From: Chitinivibrionales bacterium
GTDB lineage: Bacteria > Fibrobacterota > Chitinivibrionia > Chitinivibrionales > WJKA01
Assembly: GCA_038247415.1 (NCBI GenBank)
Contig: JBBRUX010000010.1
Span: 1-64,000 of the forward strand
DNA length: 64,000 bases
Reading direction: 5' to 3'
Part shown: positions 49,691 through 59,215 of the stretch, piece after piece
How positions within the stretch are numbered: position 1 is the stretch's first letter
How the letters are laid out: each line of letters opens with the position of its first letter
Notes under the pieces: model-generated
Databases searched by the model: none
What the model saw: only the letters and a program-made list of their open reading frames with translations
What the model was told of the DNA's origin: nothing
Made by a program: the position numbers and the translations under genes

Positions 49691-50913
49691 TCAGTAGCCG
49701 CTTAATTACTGTTTTTTTTGTGAACTTTCGTTTGTGCCTGCTGGAAATTTATTCTAACCGCATGCGTTCGCTCATAACCTCCCTTGGTATTTTTCTTGGT
49801 GTCGCCTCCCTTCTTGCAAATCTCGCTTTTGTACGTGCCATGGATAACGACGTGAGAAAGAACCTCGAGCAAATTGGCGGATTATCTATTGTCACTATTA
49901 AAAAAATAGACCCGACGACCAAGAAAGAACGAATCAAATTTCAACAAACGCAACCTTTAACGGTTAGTAAAGTTCAAAACGCCCTAGAAAATTTCCGTTT
50001 TTCGGCAACCATTCTGCCAAAGCTCGATCTGCATTGGAAACCAATTCGGTTTGCATCAAAAGAGGGTTGGGCCCGGGTTAGCGCTGCGGGAGAATCTCAT
50101 CAGGATGCCTATAATTATACTATTGGTGAGGGTCGATGGCTTTCTGATGAGGAAGCCAGTAAGCATAAAGCCGAAGCGGTAATTGGCCTTTTAGCAGCAG
50201 AGAGAGTGTTTGGAAAAGGTATTGATCCTCTCGATAAGGAAGTGGTTTTTAACGGTAAAGTATTTAAAATTGTGGGGACCATAAAAACAGGTGATAAGTT
50301 TGACCGACGCGCAATGGAATTTTTTGTTAATTATTATTATTATGTCGGGCAATGTGGAGGTGCCAATTCTCCCGTTGGAGAAGTTGCCGTTAAACTTTCT
50401 AAAAGTGAAGATGCCCCAATGGCTGCACGGGAAATTCGCACTCGGATTGCATCCCTATCCCGTGGAATCGAAAATATTTCGGTAGAAACCAATGGCGATA
50501 AAATTAACGAAATGAAGGCTGCTGGTATGGGGATGAAAATCCTGCTTTTGGCTATTGCTGCAATTTCTCTTTTAGTTGGTGGAATTAGCATTATGAATAT
50601 CATGTTTGCAACAATAGGCGATCGTATTCGGGAAATTGGCATTCGTAAAGCCTTGGGTGCCCGTAAAGATGATATCCTCATGCAATTTCTTATTGAAGCG
50701 GTTCTTGTATGCTTTGTAGGCGGAATACCTGGTATGTTTCTGGGGGGAAGCGTAACGCTTTTTCCACCGGGCATTTTTCCTTTTGTTCCTGCGCTCGCGC
50801 TTTCAGATTATCTTTTAGCACTAGGTTTTACCCTTGCAGCCGGTTTTTTAGCAGGATTGTTTCCTGCTTTACGTGCAGCGAATATGCAGCCGATAGAAGC
50901 GCTCAGGTTTTAG
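49687..50913 (+). CDS. MacB/FtsX-type ABC permease
   Basis: RSLITSLGI, VGGISIMNIM, REIGIRKALGA and PIEALRF motifs. Confidence 0.9.
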   Translation: MISSRLITVFFVNFRLCLLEIYSNRMRSLITSLGIFLGVASLLANLAFVRAMDNDVRKNLEQIGGLSIVTIKKIDPTTKKERIKFQQTQPLTVSKVQNALENFRFSATILPKLDLHWKPIRFASKEGWARVSAAGESHQDAYNYTIGEGRWLSDEEASKHKAEAVIGLLAAERVFGKGIDPLDKEVVFNGKVFKIVGTIKTGDKFDRRAMEFFVNYYYYVGQCGGANSPVGEVAVKLSKSEDAPMAAREIRTRIASLSRGIENISVETNGDKINEMKAAGMGMKILLLAIAAISLLVGGISIMNIMFATIGDRIREIGIRKALGARKDDILMQFLIEAVLVCFVGGIPGMFLGGSVTLFPPGIFPFVPALALSDYLLALGFTLAAGFLAGLFPALRAANMQPIEALRF

Positions 50914-50916
50914 GTT

Positions 50917-52212
50917 ATGCAAACTCTACTCAGATTATTCCAGTCTTTTGTGGTGGGAGTTTTTATGGCTTTCACCGAAATTGCATCGCACAAGCTGCGC
51001 TCTATTTTATCGATATCAGGGGTGCTTTTAGGCGTTGCATCACTGGTCGCAATGCTTACGCTCATTGGGGGAATCGATAAGTTTCTTAACCAAAAAATGT
51101 CGAAGTGGGCTGGATCGATTTGGTATTGGCAAAAGGGAAGCTCCGATGCCGCAGATAAACTTGCTTTTGCGCGGTCTCCGGGCTTACGTTTTTCGGATGG
51201 TGATTATCTTGTCGAAAATTCTACTCTTGTTAAAGGTGTAAAAAAAGAGATTTCACGCGAGGGCACCATGACCGTTGGCCGAGCTTCGGAATGGGGACGT
51301 TTGCGGGGCTTGACAGAAAATATTTTTAACGAGGATACGGTAAATATCCAACTTGCAAGTGGGCGGTATCTGGATGCAACCGATTATAGGGTATCTGCGC
51401 GGGTCTGTGTGTGCTCGTGGGAAATGGCACAGCGGCTTTGTGCGCAAATCAGTAATCTCGATATCCCATCCGATTCTATACACCGCGATCAATACAACGT
51501 TGTACTTGGTAAAGATCTTGTTTTTCGGGGAGTTTCATACGAAATTGTTGGAATTTACGAGCCCAAAGATCCCGATTTTAAGCCCTGGAATCTAAGACGG
51601 GTTGCGGCAATACCACTCAAAACAATGCAGGAAACTATTTCGGGTATCGATCCCAACCCTGGTGCCATAGAGGTAACCATTGCTAATGTTAAGCGGGCCA
51701 AAGAAGATGCAGAAAAAGTGGCAAAAGTATTGGCATTGCGGCATAGGGGAGTAGAAGATTTCGAATATCGTAGCGCCGAATGGATCGAGAATATGAAATC
51801 GATGCTTGGAAATATTGGTTTGCTTATGGGAATTATTTCCGTTATATCCCTGCTTGTTGGGGGCTTAAGCATTATGAATGTAATGCTCTCATCTATTTCA
51901 GAGCGTATCCACGAAATTGGTATTAGAAAAGCACTTGGTGCAAATACGATGCAGATATTTGTTCAATTTATAGCAGAAACTACCACGCTTTCTTGTTTAG
52001 GTGGTGTGTGCGGTGTTGTTGTTGGGCTTATTCCTCTTGCGTTTGGAGAGGCACTCAAAAAAGCATCTGATGGCGCAATTGAGCCCACTATATTGCCAGT
52101 GCATATAATGTATGTGGTATTTGTCATTATGTTTGTTGGTGTACTCTTTGGGCTTTATCCGGCATTGCGAGCAAGTCGGATGAATCCCGTGGATGCGCTA
52201 CGATACGAATAA
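50917..52212 (+). CDS. MacB/FtsX-type ABC permease (second paralogue)
   Basis: KLRSILS, VGGLSIMNVML, EIGIRKALGA and PVDALRYE motifs. Confidence 0.9.
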   Translation: MQTLLRLFQSFVVGVFMAFTEIASHKLRSILSISGVLLGVASLVAMLTLIGGIDKFLNQKMSKWAGSIWYWQKGSSDAADKLAFARSPGLRFSDGDYLVENSTLVKGVKKEISREGTMTVGRASEWGRLRGLTENIFNEDTVNIQLASGRYLDATDYRVSARVCVCSWEMAQRLCAQISNLDIPSDSIHRDQYNVVLGKDLVFRGVSYEIVGIYEPKDPDFKPWNLRRVAAIPLKTMQETISGIDPNPGAIEVTIANVKRAKEDAEKVAKVLALRHRGVEDFEYRSAEWIENMKSMLGNIGLLMGIISVISLLVGGLSIMNVMLSSISERIHEIGIRKALGANTMQIFVQFIAETTTLSCLGGVCGVVVGLIPLAFGEALKKASDGAIEPTILPVHIMYVVFVIMFVGVLFGLYPALRASRMNPVDALRYE

Positions 52213-52240
52213 GCCTCAATTTCTTAGCAAAGGATACCGA

Positions 52241-52732
52241 ATGGAAACAATGTGGGCGCCGTGGAGAATGAAGTATGTTGGGGAACCAAAAAAATCCCCA
52301 GATAAATGCATCTTTTGTGATAAGCCTTTACAAAAGACAGATCGTGAAAATTGCATCCTCTTCCGCGGAGCGAGCTGCTTTATCATTCTGAATGCGTACC
52401 CTTATAATAATGCGCATGCTATGATTATTCCGTATCGCCACTGCTCAGACATTGCAGTTCTTACAACAAACGAATCGGCCGAAATGTGGCAATTAGCAAC
52501 CAGGTATAAAAATGCCCTCGAAGCAGCTTTCCATCCCGAAGGGTATAACATTGGCATGAACCTTGGCAGAGTAGCTGGGGCTGGTATCGATCAGCATTTG
52601 CATTTGCACATACTTCCTCGATGGAATGGGGATACTAATTTCATGTCGAGCGTTGCCAATACTCGTGTTATTTCACAGGAAATTTTCGAAACCTATGATC
52701 TGCTCAAGCCATATTTTGAGACCAATCAGTAG
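52241..52732 (+). CDS. HIT-family hydrolase (Ap4A phosphorylase-like subgroup)
   Basis: MWAPWRMKY, CIFC, NAYPYN and AGAGI..HLHLHILPRW.GD motifs. Confidence 0.9.
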   Translation: METMWAPWRMKYVGEPKKSPDKCIFCDKPLQKTDRENCILFRGASCFIILNAYPYNNAHAMIIPYRHCSDIAVLTTNESAEMWQLATRYKNALEAAFHPEGYNIGMNLGRVAGAGIDQHLHLHILPRWNGDTNFMSSVANTRVISQEIFETYDLLKPYFETNQ

Positions 52733-52817
52733 TTCGCTTGGTACAGTCATGAAATAATTTAGTGGTACTTACTTATCTTCATTGGAAAAACGCCATCCTG
52801 ATGGTATTTTTATACGT

Positions 52818-54725
52818 ATGGCAAATAATCTTATTCTTATCCTTGGCAACTGTTCAGAGCCAGATCGCTATGTTATCGATCGATGTGCTGTGCAACGCGG
52901 GCTTGTAACTCGGTATGTATCACGAGCGCAATGGCAGGAATGGGATTATTCCTGGGATTCTGCTATTGGCTACCTTTCGTTTTTGCCCTATTCCTCTTCT
53001 ACACTTCTCGATTTGTTTGCGCTCTTGCCGGTTGGAAGTGGCCAAATGCCCCTTTGTTTTCAGGCAGTCGATCTGTACGACAGCACGATATCTGATACGC
53101 TTATTACGGGTTCTTTTATTATGCCTGTATCGGCTGTTGCTATGGGTACCATACTGTCAAGTATCGAACTTCAAGCTTCGCTGCTCGAACAAAATATGGC
53201 TCTTGTCAATGAAGTTAACCGGTATCGCAAAGAGAAAAATAGGCTCATGAATATTGGTCTTGCGCTTTCATCCGAGCAAGATCTAGATAGTCTGTTAGAA
53301 TGGATCCTCGAAGAAGCGCTCTCAATTACCCTCGCCGACGCGGGATCTATTTATATCAGAGAAAATATTGGTGCGGGAGAAGGGTATACTAACAGGCTTC
53401 TGTTTAAAGTGACTCAAAATAAATCGGTTGATATTTCTAAAGGTGAAAAGCAAGATCCGCTTCCTATATCGGAAAACACTATTGCCGGACATGTTGCGCT
53501 TACCGGGAAACCATTACGTATCGATGATGTCGGCCGGCTCGATGCCGATGTTCCCTATTCGTGGGGAAGAGGCTTTGTACGGCGTTTTGGGTATCAAATA
53601 AAATCGATGCTTGCTGTTCCGCTCAAAAATCTCCAGGGCGAAGTGGTTGGTGTTTTGCAGCTCATGAATAAAAAACTATCCACGGCAGTGCGACTTTCAG
53701 ATTCCGATGCCGTACGTGATCACGCACTCGCATTTAGTCATTCAGATGAAGATACTGTTATGTCAATAGGATCGCTTGCTGCGGTCTCCATCGAACGAGC
53801 GCAACTTACCTCCAATATTCAGCATCTTTTTGAAGGCTTCCTTTCTTCTTCAGTTGCTGCAATCGACGAACGAGACCGGGTTACTTCGGGGCATAGCAAA
53901 CGCGTTGCAGATTATGCCATGTCATTTGTTGACGCAATCAATACTGAATCGCAAGGCGTTTTTGCCGATGTTCAATTTTCTCTTGAACGTAAACAACAAT
54001 TTGAATTTGCAGCATTGCTTTATGACATTGGTAAAATTGGGGTGCCCGAAGCATTGCTCACAAAGGACCTCCGTTTACCAGCAGGAGAAATTGCAGCACT
54101 CGGGGCGCGTTTCGAAATTATTCGGATTCAAATGAAATTGACAGGCGGCACCTGTGGATGGCCTCATGAAGAAGCATTAGAAGAAGATTGGTTATTTTTG
54201 CAAAAGGTTAATGCTTCGGGATTCTTATCCGACGACGACTTTAAGCGACTGAGTGCTTTGCGGGACAAAACGTATGCAACGCATGATAATCCGAGTGCAC
54301 TGCTTATTTCCGATTCCGAATGGGAACACCTGTCAATACGGCAAGGAAATTTAACCCCCATCGAGCGTGATCTTATAAATTCTCATGCGCAGGCAACCCG
54401 CCGTATTTTGTCTAAAATTCCATGGACAAAGGAAATGCGTCTTATTCCTTCTATTGCATGCCATCATCACGAAAAAATTGATGGCTCGGGATACCCTGAT
54501 GGGCTTTCTGGAGATGCAATAAGTCTGGAAAGTCGCATTCTTGCTGTTGTTGATATTTACGAAGCACTGGTTGCCCAAGATCGACCCTATAAGCCACGGA
54601 TGCCCTATACCAAGGCTCTTGAAATCCTGCGATTTGAAGCGAGCAAAAATCGCCTTGATTCCGATATTGTAGAATTTTTTATCGACCATAACATTTACAA
54701 AATATTTTTTACAGAAACGAATTAA
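52818..54725 (+). CDS. GAF + HD-GYP domain protein (HD site reads YD)
   Basis: GAF domain (ADAGSIY, SMLAVPL...VVGVLQLMN), T.GHS.RVA, LLYDIGK, HHEKIDGSGYP, DIYEAL and RPYK motifs. Confidence 0.9.
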   Translation: MANNLILILGNCSEPDRYVIDRCAVQRGLVTRYVSRAQWQEWDYSWDSAIGYLSFLPYSSSTLLDLFALLPVGSGQMPLCFQAVDLYDSTISDTLITGSFIMPVSAVAMGTILSSIELQASLLEQNMALVNEVNRYRKEKNRLMNIGLALSSEQDLDSLLEWILEEALSITLADAGSIYIRENIGAGEGYTNRLLFKVTQNKSVDISKGEKQDPLPISENTIAGHVALTGKPLRIDDVGRLDADVPYSWGRGFVRRFGYQIKSMLAVPLKNLQGEVVGVLQLMNKKLSTAVRLSDSDAVRDHALAFSHSDEDTVMSIGSLAAVSIERAQLTSNIQHLFEGFLSSSVAAIDERDRVTSGHSKRVADYAMSFVDAINTESQGVFADVQFSLERKQQFEFAALLYDIGKIGVPEALLTKDLRLPAGEIAALGARFEIIRIQMKLTGGTCGWPHEEALEEDWLFLQKVNASGFLSDDDFKRLSALRDKTYATHDNPSALLISDSEWEHLSIRQGNLTPIERDLINSHAQATRRILSKIPWTKEMRLIPSIACHHHEKIDGSGYPDGLSGDAISLESRILAVVDIYEALVAQDRPYKPRMPYTKALEILRFEASKNRLDSDIVEFFIDHNIYKIFFTETN

Positions 54726-54726
54726 C

Positions 54727-56004
54727 ATGACGCTTGTTGAAGAGCTCCGCTGGCGAGGAATGGTTCACGATACAACTCCTGCAGCTGAATCCACGCTATC
54801 CGAAAAAAAAATTAAAGTGTATGCAGGGTTCGATCCTACCGCTGTATCTTTGCAATTAGGAAACCTTGTCCCTATTATGCTGCTCCTGCATTTTCAGCGC
54901 GCGGGGCATACCCCTGTGGCACTTGTTGGTGGAGCAACAGGTATGATAGGCGATCCATCAGGAAAATCCGAAGAGCGCGTTCTCCAATCTCTTGACTCCA
55001 TAGAATATAATGTCTCGCGTTTTAAACTTCAGCTCGAAAAATTTCTCAGGTTTGACGGGGATAATGCAGCGTCGCTTGTTAATAATTTCGATTGGTTTAA
55101 AAATGTGGGCTTTTTGGAGTTTTTACGGGATGTGGGCAAGCATTTGACCGTTAATTACATGATGGCAAAGGATTCTGTCAAGCAACGCCTTGAATCAGGA
55201 TTATCCTTTACCGAATTTTCCTATCAGCTTCTGCAAGCCTACGATTACCTCCATTTATACAAAACACAGGGCTGTACGTTTCAAGTTGGTGGATCAGATC
55301 AATGGGGTAATATCACTGCAGGAACAGAACTTGTGCGGCGCATGGCAAATGGGGAAGCGCATGCACTTACGTGCCCTTTGGTAACCAAAGCAGATGGCAG
55401 CAAATTTGGAAAATCTGCTGCCGGCGAAAAAATATGGCTCGATCCTGCACTCACATCTCCTTATAAGTTTTATCAGTTCTGGATCAACACCGCCGATGAT
55501 GAAGCATTGCGCTATATTAAAATTTTCTCTATGCTCCCTCAAGAAGAAATTGATACTCTGGCTCAAAAAACGCTCGATGCACCTGAAAAACGCGAATTAC
55601 AGTTTGCTTTGGCACGGGATATAACTACACGCGTGCATTCTGAAGAAGCATTTAAAAGCGCCGTGGAAGCATCCGATATTCTCTTTGGGTCAGGAACCTT
55701 CGAAAAATTAGCCACATTGTCGGAAGAGAATCTCCTGGCAGCGCTCGAAGGGGTTCCTCGGTTTTCTATTGCTCGGTCGGAAATCGAAGCAGGAGTTCCC
55801 TTTTTATCGCTTTGCGCAGAAAAAACAACCATATTTCCTTCTAAAGGCGAAGCGCGAAGAATGGTTTCGAATGGGGGAGTGTTTGTCAATAAACAGCGAG
55901 TTGGAGATGTTGAAAGTTCAATTGGTAAAGATTATTTGCTACAAAATCGATATATTCTCGTTCAAAAAGGCAAGAAAAACTATACGCTCATAATTGTCGA
56001 ATAA
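54727..56004 (+). CDS. tyrS: Tyrosine--tRNA ligase
   Basis: YAGFDPT, GDPSG, QVGGSDQWGN, KFGKS and a C-terminal S4 domain. Confidence 0.97.
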   Translation: MTLVEELRWRGMVHDTTPAAESTLSEKKIKVYAGFDPTAVSLQLGNLVPIMLLLHFQRAGHTPVALVGGATGMIGDPSGKSEERVLQSLDSIEYNVSRFKLQLEKFLRFDGDNAASLVNNFDWFKNVGFLEFLRDVGKHLTVNYMMAKDSVKQRLESGLSFTEFSYQLLQAYDYLHLYKTQGCTFQVGGSDQWGNITAGTELVRRMANGEAHALTCPLVTKADGSKFGKSAAGEKIWLDPALTSPYKFYQFWINTADDEALRYIKIFSMLPQEEIDTLAQKTLDAPEKRELQFALARDITTRVHSEEAFKSAVEASDILFGSGTFEKLATLSEENLLAALEGVPRFSIARSEIEAGVPFLSLCAEKTTIFPSKGEARRMVSNGGVFVNKQRVGDVESSIGKDYLLQNRYILVQKGKKNYTLIIVE

Positions 56005-56032
56005 TAGGGGATGTAGAGGTACAATAGAAACA

Positions 56033-56167
56033 GTGTTAAAGTTTTGCATTGCCAAGGCAGCAAAAGATGCTGTCAACGGTGTTGCACCTGTCAAAAAAGT
56101 TGCTAAACCTGCCGCAAAAAAGGCCGTTAAGCCTGCTGCTAAAAAAGCTCCTGCTAAAAAGAAGTAG
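56033..56167 (+). pseudogene. C-terminal part of an HU-like protein with Lys/Ala/Pro (H1-like) tail; fragment or 44-aa microprotein
   Basis: Manual translation VLKFCIAKAAKDAVNGVAPVKKVAKPAAKKAVKPAAKKAPAKKK*. TVLKFxIAKAAKDAV matches the last strand and helix of HU; the HU N-terminus is absent. Confidence 0.7.
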
Positions 56168-56305
56168 TTCTACTTTATAATGCGAGTGCCCAGAGTTTTG
56201 GTTCACGCGTTGAAACTTTATAAATGTGCTATGTATTGTAAAAACCTTGGTCTATAGGGCATTCGTTAGCTCTGCGGATTTCGAGGTTGAGCGCAATAAA
56301 TGAGT

Positions 56306-56479
56306 TCAGGCTACTTTGATCGTTCGAAGTAGTTTCGGTTTTCCAGTATAAAGTCTGTCTTTATACTCATCTTGAACTTTTTTGAAATGATTTAATATCT
56401 TTACAGAATCATTACCAAGTGATTTTTCAATTTTAAGTCTGTGTTTTCTGACTTCCGCAACAATTTTATCTTCTTTCAT
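56306..56479 (-). CDS. 57-aa protein coupled to the PIN gene (putative toxin-antitoxin partner)
   Basis: Below the ORF track cutoff: MKEDKIVAEVRKHRLKIEKSLGND...KVA*. ATG abuts the PIN stop; GGAGG RBS. Confidence 0.6.
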   Translation of the reverse strand: MKEDKIVAEVRKHRLKIEKSLGNDSVKILNHFKKVQDEYKDRLYTGKPKLLRTIKVA

Positions 56480-56860
56480 TTAGCCCTCCATCAATTCTTC
56501 TGGTGTTAGGATAAAAGGTGTTTCAAGTCCATGTTCCTGATTTATTTCAATGATAACTTTGTGCAGAATAGGATTCAATATAGGGGTGAAATTCCAAGAA
56601 ACGATATAATCCATCCCATGGAACACTGCGACGGCCACGTGCAATGCATCCAATTTTGCTTTTACCGGCACCATTGTCTTCTTAAAATATTGATCACCCA
56701 GTTTGCGAATTTCATCATTCACAGTTAAAATTTCAAACTGCTTAATAGCATTATTCCTAAGTTCAGCAGCTTTAGGATCACCTTTTGAACATTCTTCAAT
56801 AACAAATGGAGAGACAAATGCTCGAAATTTTTGAATTGTATTGCTTTTGTAAATTGATTT
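56480..56860 (-). pseudogene. Truncated PIN-domain (VapC-like) toxin gene
   Basis: Frame open from 56860: FVSPFVIEECSKGDPKAAELR...DALHVAVAVFHGMDYIVSWN...TPEEL. No proper start and the N-terminal catalytic acidic motif is missing. Confidence 0.75.
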
Positions 56861-57073
56861 TTAGGTATTTGTTTGTTTTGACGACACCTGCTCTTTTGTA
56901 TAGATGCTCAAATGGAGCAAGGTGCTGGCGCACATTACTTGGCTGATCGTTATAGTGCTACTACTACGATAAACATTCCTACAAGTCCTACGAACCAAGC
57001 GGTCTTTGTTACGTTGCGGCCTGTTTACAAATAGCCTCGACTAAACGAATGAATCTATGTATCCTTGGGAAAA

Positions 57074-57105
57074 GAATACACCTAGAAAAATTGCTAGGTG
57101 TATTC
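57074..57105. terminator. 12-bp hairpin, probable terminator
   Basis: Perfect stem gaatacacctag / ctaggtgtattc with an 8-nt loop. Confidence 0.6.
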
Positions 57106-57137
57106 CATTTTAAAAAAAATTAACAGGAAAAGGTTTA

Positions 57138-57585
57138 ATGAAAACTTATACAACAATAATTGCCTTATCTCTTTAGGTTTTCTTACAATTCAGTTGTGAT
57201 TCGCAGGGCACTCCCGCAGGTCCGGGAAGTAAATCATTATCAGAAAAGATTATAGGCAATTGGTATGTGGCTCGAACAGTCTTAGAAGGGATCTCGGATT
57301 CATTGTATACGAGTGTATTCACTGAAATCATCACGAAAATCGAAGCCACGCATTGGAGTGAGTACGGCAAAACAGATACGGCAACAATACACTCGTCGTT
57401 TGGATATACACAATCCAGCGATTCAAGGGTAGCCAGGTGGTTGCGGGTAAGGCAGCCTTCAGAGGGGATACACTTTTTATAACGTTCGCAGAAGCGGGCT
57501 TTGAACAAAAAACTGGTATCTAAAATGGAATGGCTCAGTCCCTCCATCAAATTGGCCTCAAAAAGCAATTAATAGCGAACTTTAA
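57138..57585 (+). pseudogene. Lipoprotein pseudogene (nonsense codon in signal peptide, probable frameshifts)
   Basis: MKTYTTIIALSL*VFLQFSC...KIIGNWY with TAG at 57174-57176; a protein-like continuation needs two -1 shifts. Confidence 0.55.
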
Positions 57586-57661
57586 TATTATTTTCTGGGA
57601 GTAGGCATGCTTACTTGACGGTCGTAATCTAAGCACATTCCTTTGAAGAGGGAGGCAAACA

Positions 57662-58144
57662 ATGCGAACCGTATTTGGAATTTCCCTTTTACTTTTAATC
57701 AGTTGTTCCTTCTGTAAACAAAGCAATACCTACACGCTTGCGATCCGCAATAACACTAACGACACGCTTAGGATTGTCTATGCAACTCAAAATCTTTCGG
57801 ATAGTTTGAGATTGGTCAGTCCCAATTTCACATCCACGTTTACGGCATATGGGTCAGGGCCAGCAGAACAGCATGAATTAAGTAAGGTGGAATTTAGCCA
57901 ATACCATAGCTTGTGACGAATCGGCCCGAATGAATATGATTTTGTATCTGTATCGGGCCTGCCACCCCGAACAAATACCAATTCATTTTCAGCCAAGCTT
58001 CCCATCTGATTACTTAAAAGTTTTTTTCTTTGGAAGTTTGGCGATGGTGCAACGAGTACCGAACAATTCCCGTTGCACCGATATTTTTCTGCGGGTTCCT
58101 TTACTGTTTTCTTGACATACGACTTTGAATACCCGCAACGCTGA
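57662..58144 (+). pseudogene. PKD-domain lipoprotein interrupted by two in-frame TGA codons
   Basis: GGAGG RBS and lipobox LISC; reading through TGA at 57914 and 58007 gives FLWKFGDGATSTEQFPLHRYFSAGSFTVFLT, the PKD consensus. Confidence 0.7.
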
Positions 58145-58321
58145 TTAATTGGGGTAGTAGCGTTAAATTGGAAACAGCGAAATAGTGACTACCTCCCCGA
58201 GAGGTGGTTAATACTGAGTATTAGATCTTCGTATTCATCTATATTCGTCATAAGGATCCGTGGATTAGCTGGTTAGATCCCACCGGAATCTGTAACCGTT
58301 TATCATATAAAGAATTATGCA

Positions 58322-59215
58322 ATGACACAAAAACCGATCCTATTTGAAATTCGCAATCTGGTTAAAAAGTATCCCAAAGTTTCGGCTGTGGATGGGATTT
58401 CTTTTTCTATTCCCCAAGGGTGCTGCTTTGGGATGCTTGGGCCCAATGGTGCCGGGAAAACAACTACAATCGAGATTATGGAAGGCATTACTTCCCTTAC
58501 ATCGGGCGAGGTTTTGTATAAAGACCGACCTCTCGATTTACGCTTCCGTCAGGAAATGGGTATCCAGTTTCAAACAACAGCTTTGCAGGAAAAACAGACC
58601 TGTCGCGAAACATTGCGAATGTTTGCAAGCCTGTATCAAAAAACAGTGCCCATAAAAGATCTTATCAACATGTGTGATGTGGGTGATTTTATCGATCGGG
58701 ATACCCACAAACTCTCGGGTGGGCAACGCCAACGATTGCTGCTGGCTGTAGCACTTGTAAACGATCCTCAAGTAATATTTATGGATGAACCAACTACGGG
58801 GCTCGATCCCTCTGCACGGCATAGTTTTTGGGGAATAGTGCGCAACATCAAGGCTTCGGGAAAAACGCTCATTTTAACAACGCATTATATGGAAGAAGCC
58901 GACTTGCTGTGCGATGAACTTATTATCATGGATCATGGGCATATTACCGCGCAGGGATCTCCCTCAGATTTGCTTGATCGATATTTTAGTGTGTCAACGT
59001 TTATATTACCATCTAGCAAAGAAATAATTAGCAAACTTCCACCTGGGCTTGATTTCGTTAATCAGAACGAAACGATCGAAATTCATGTAACTCAAATTGC
59101 CGAGACGTTACGCATGTTGCTTGATAATGGCGTCGATCTTAGGCAACTTGTTATTCGTAAACCAACCCTCGAAGATCTCTTTCTTCAATTGACAAACAAA
59201 AAAGGGGGGCAGTGA
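58322..59215 (+). CDS. ABC-2 type exporter ATP-binding protein
   Basis: GPNGAGKTT, LSGGQRQR, DEPTTGLDP, TTHYMEEA and PTLEDLFL motifs. Confidence 0.93.
   Translation: MTQKPILFEIRNLVKKYPKVSAVDGISFSIPQGCCFGMLGPNGAGKTTTIEIMEGITSLTSGEVLYKDRPLDLRFRQEMGIQFQTTALQEKQTCRETLRMFASLYQKTVPIKDLINMCDVGDFIDRDTHKLSGGQRQRLLLAVALVNDPQVIFMDEPTTGLDPSARHSFWGIVRNIKASGKTLILTTHYMEEADLLCDELIIMDHGHITAQGSPSDLLDRYFSVSTFILPSSKEIISKLPPGLDFVNQNETIEIHVTQIAETLRMLLDNGVDLRQLVIRKPTLEDLFLQLTNKKGGQ

Noticed and set aside
57174..58009. Stop-codon reassignment explaining in-frame TAG/TGA
   Set aside because: TAG and TGA end many intact genes in the window, and the interruptions are confined to the decayed patch.
56170..58320. Integron cassette array
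   Set aside because: No integrase and no convincing paired RYYYAAC...GTTRRRY attC sites; fragments lie in mixed orientation.
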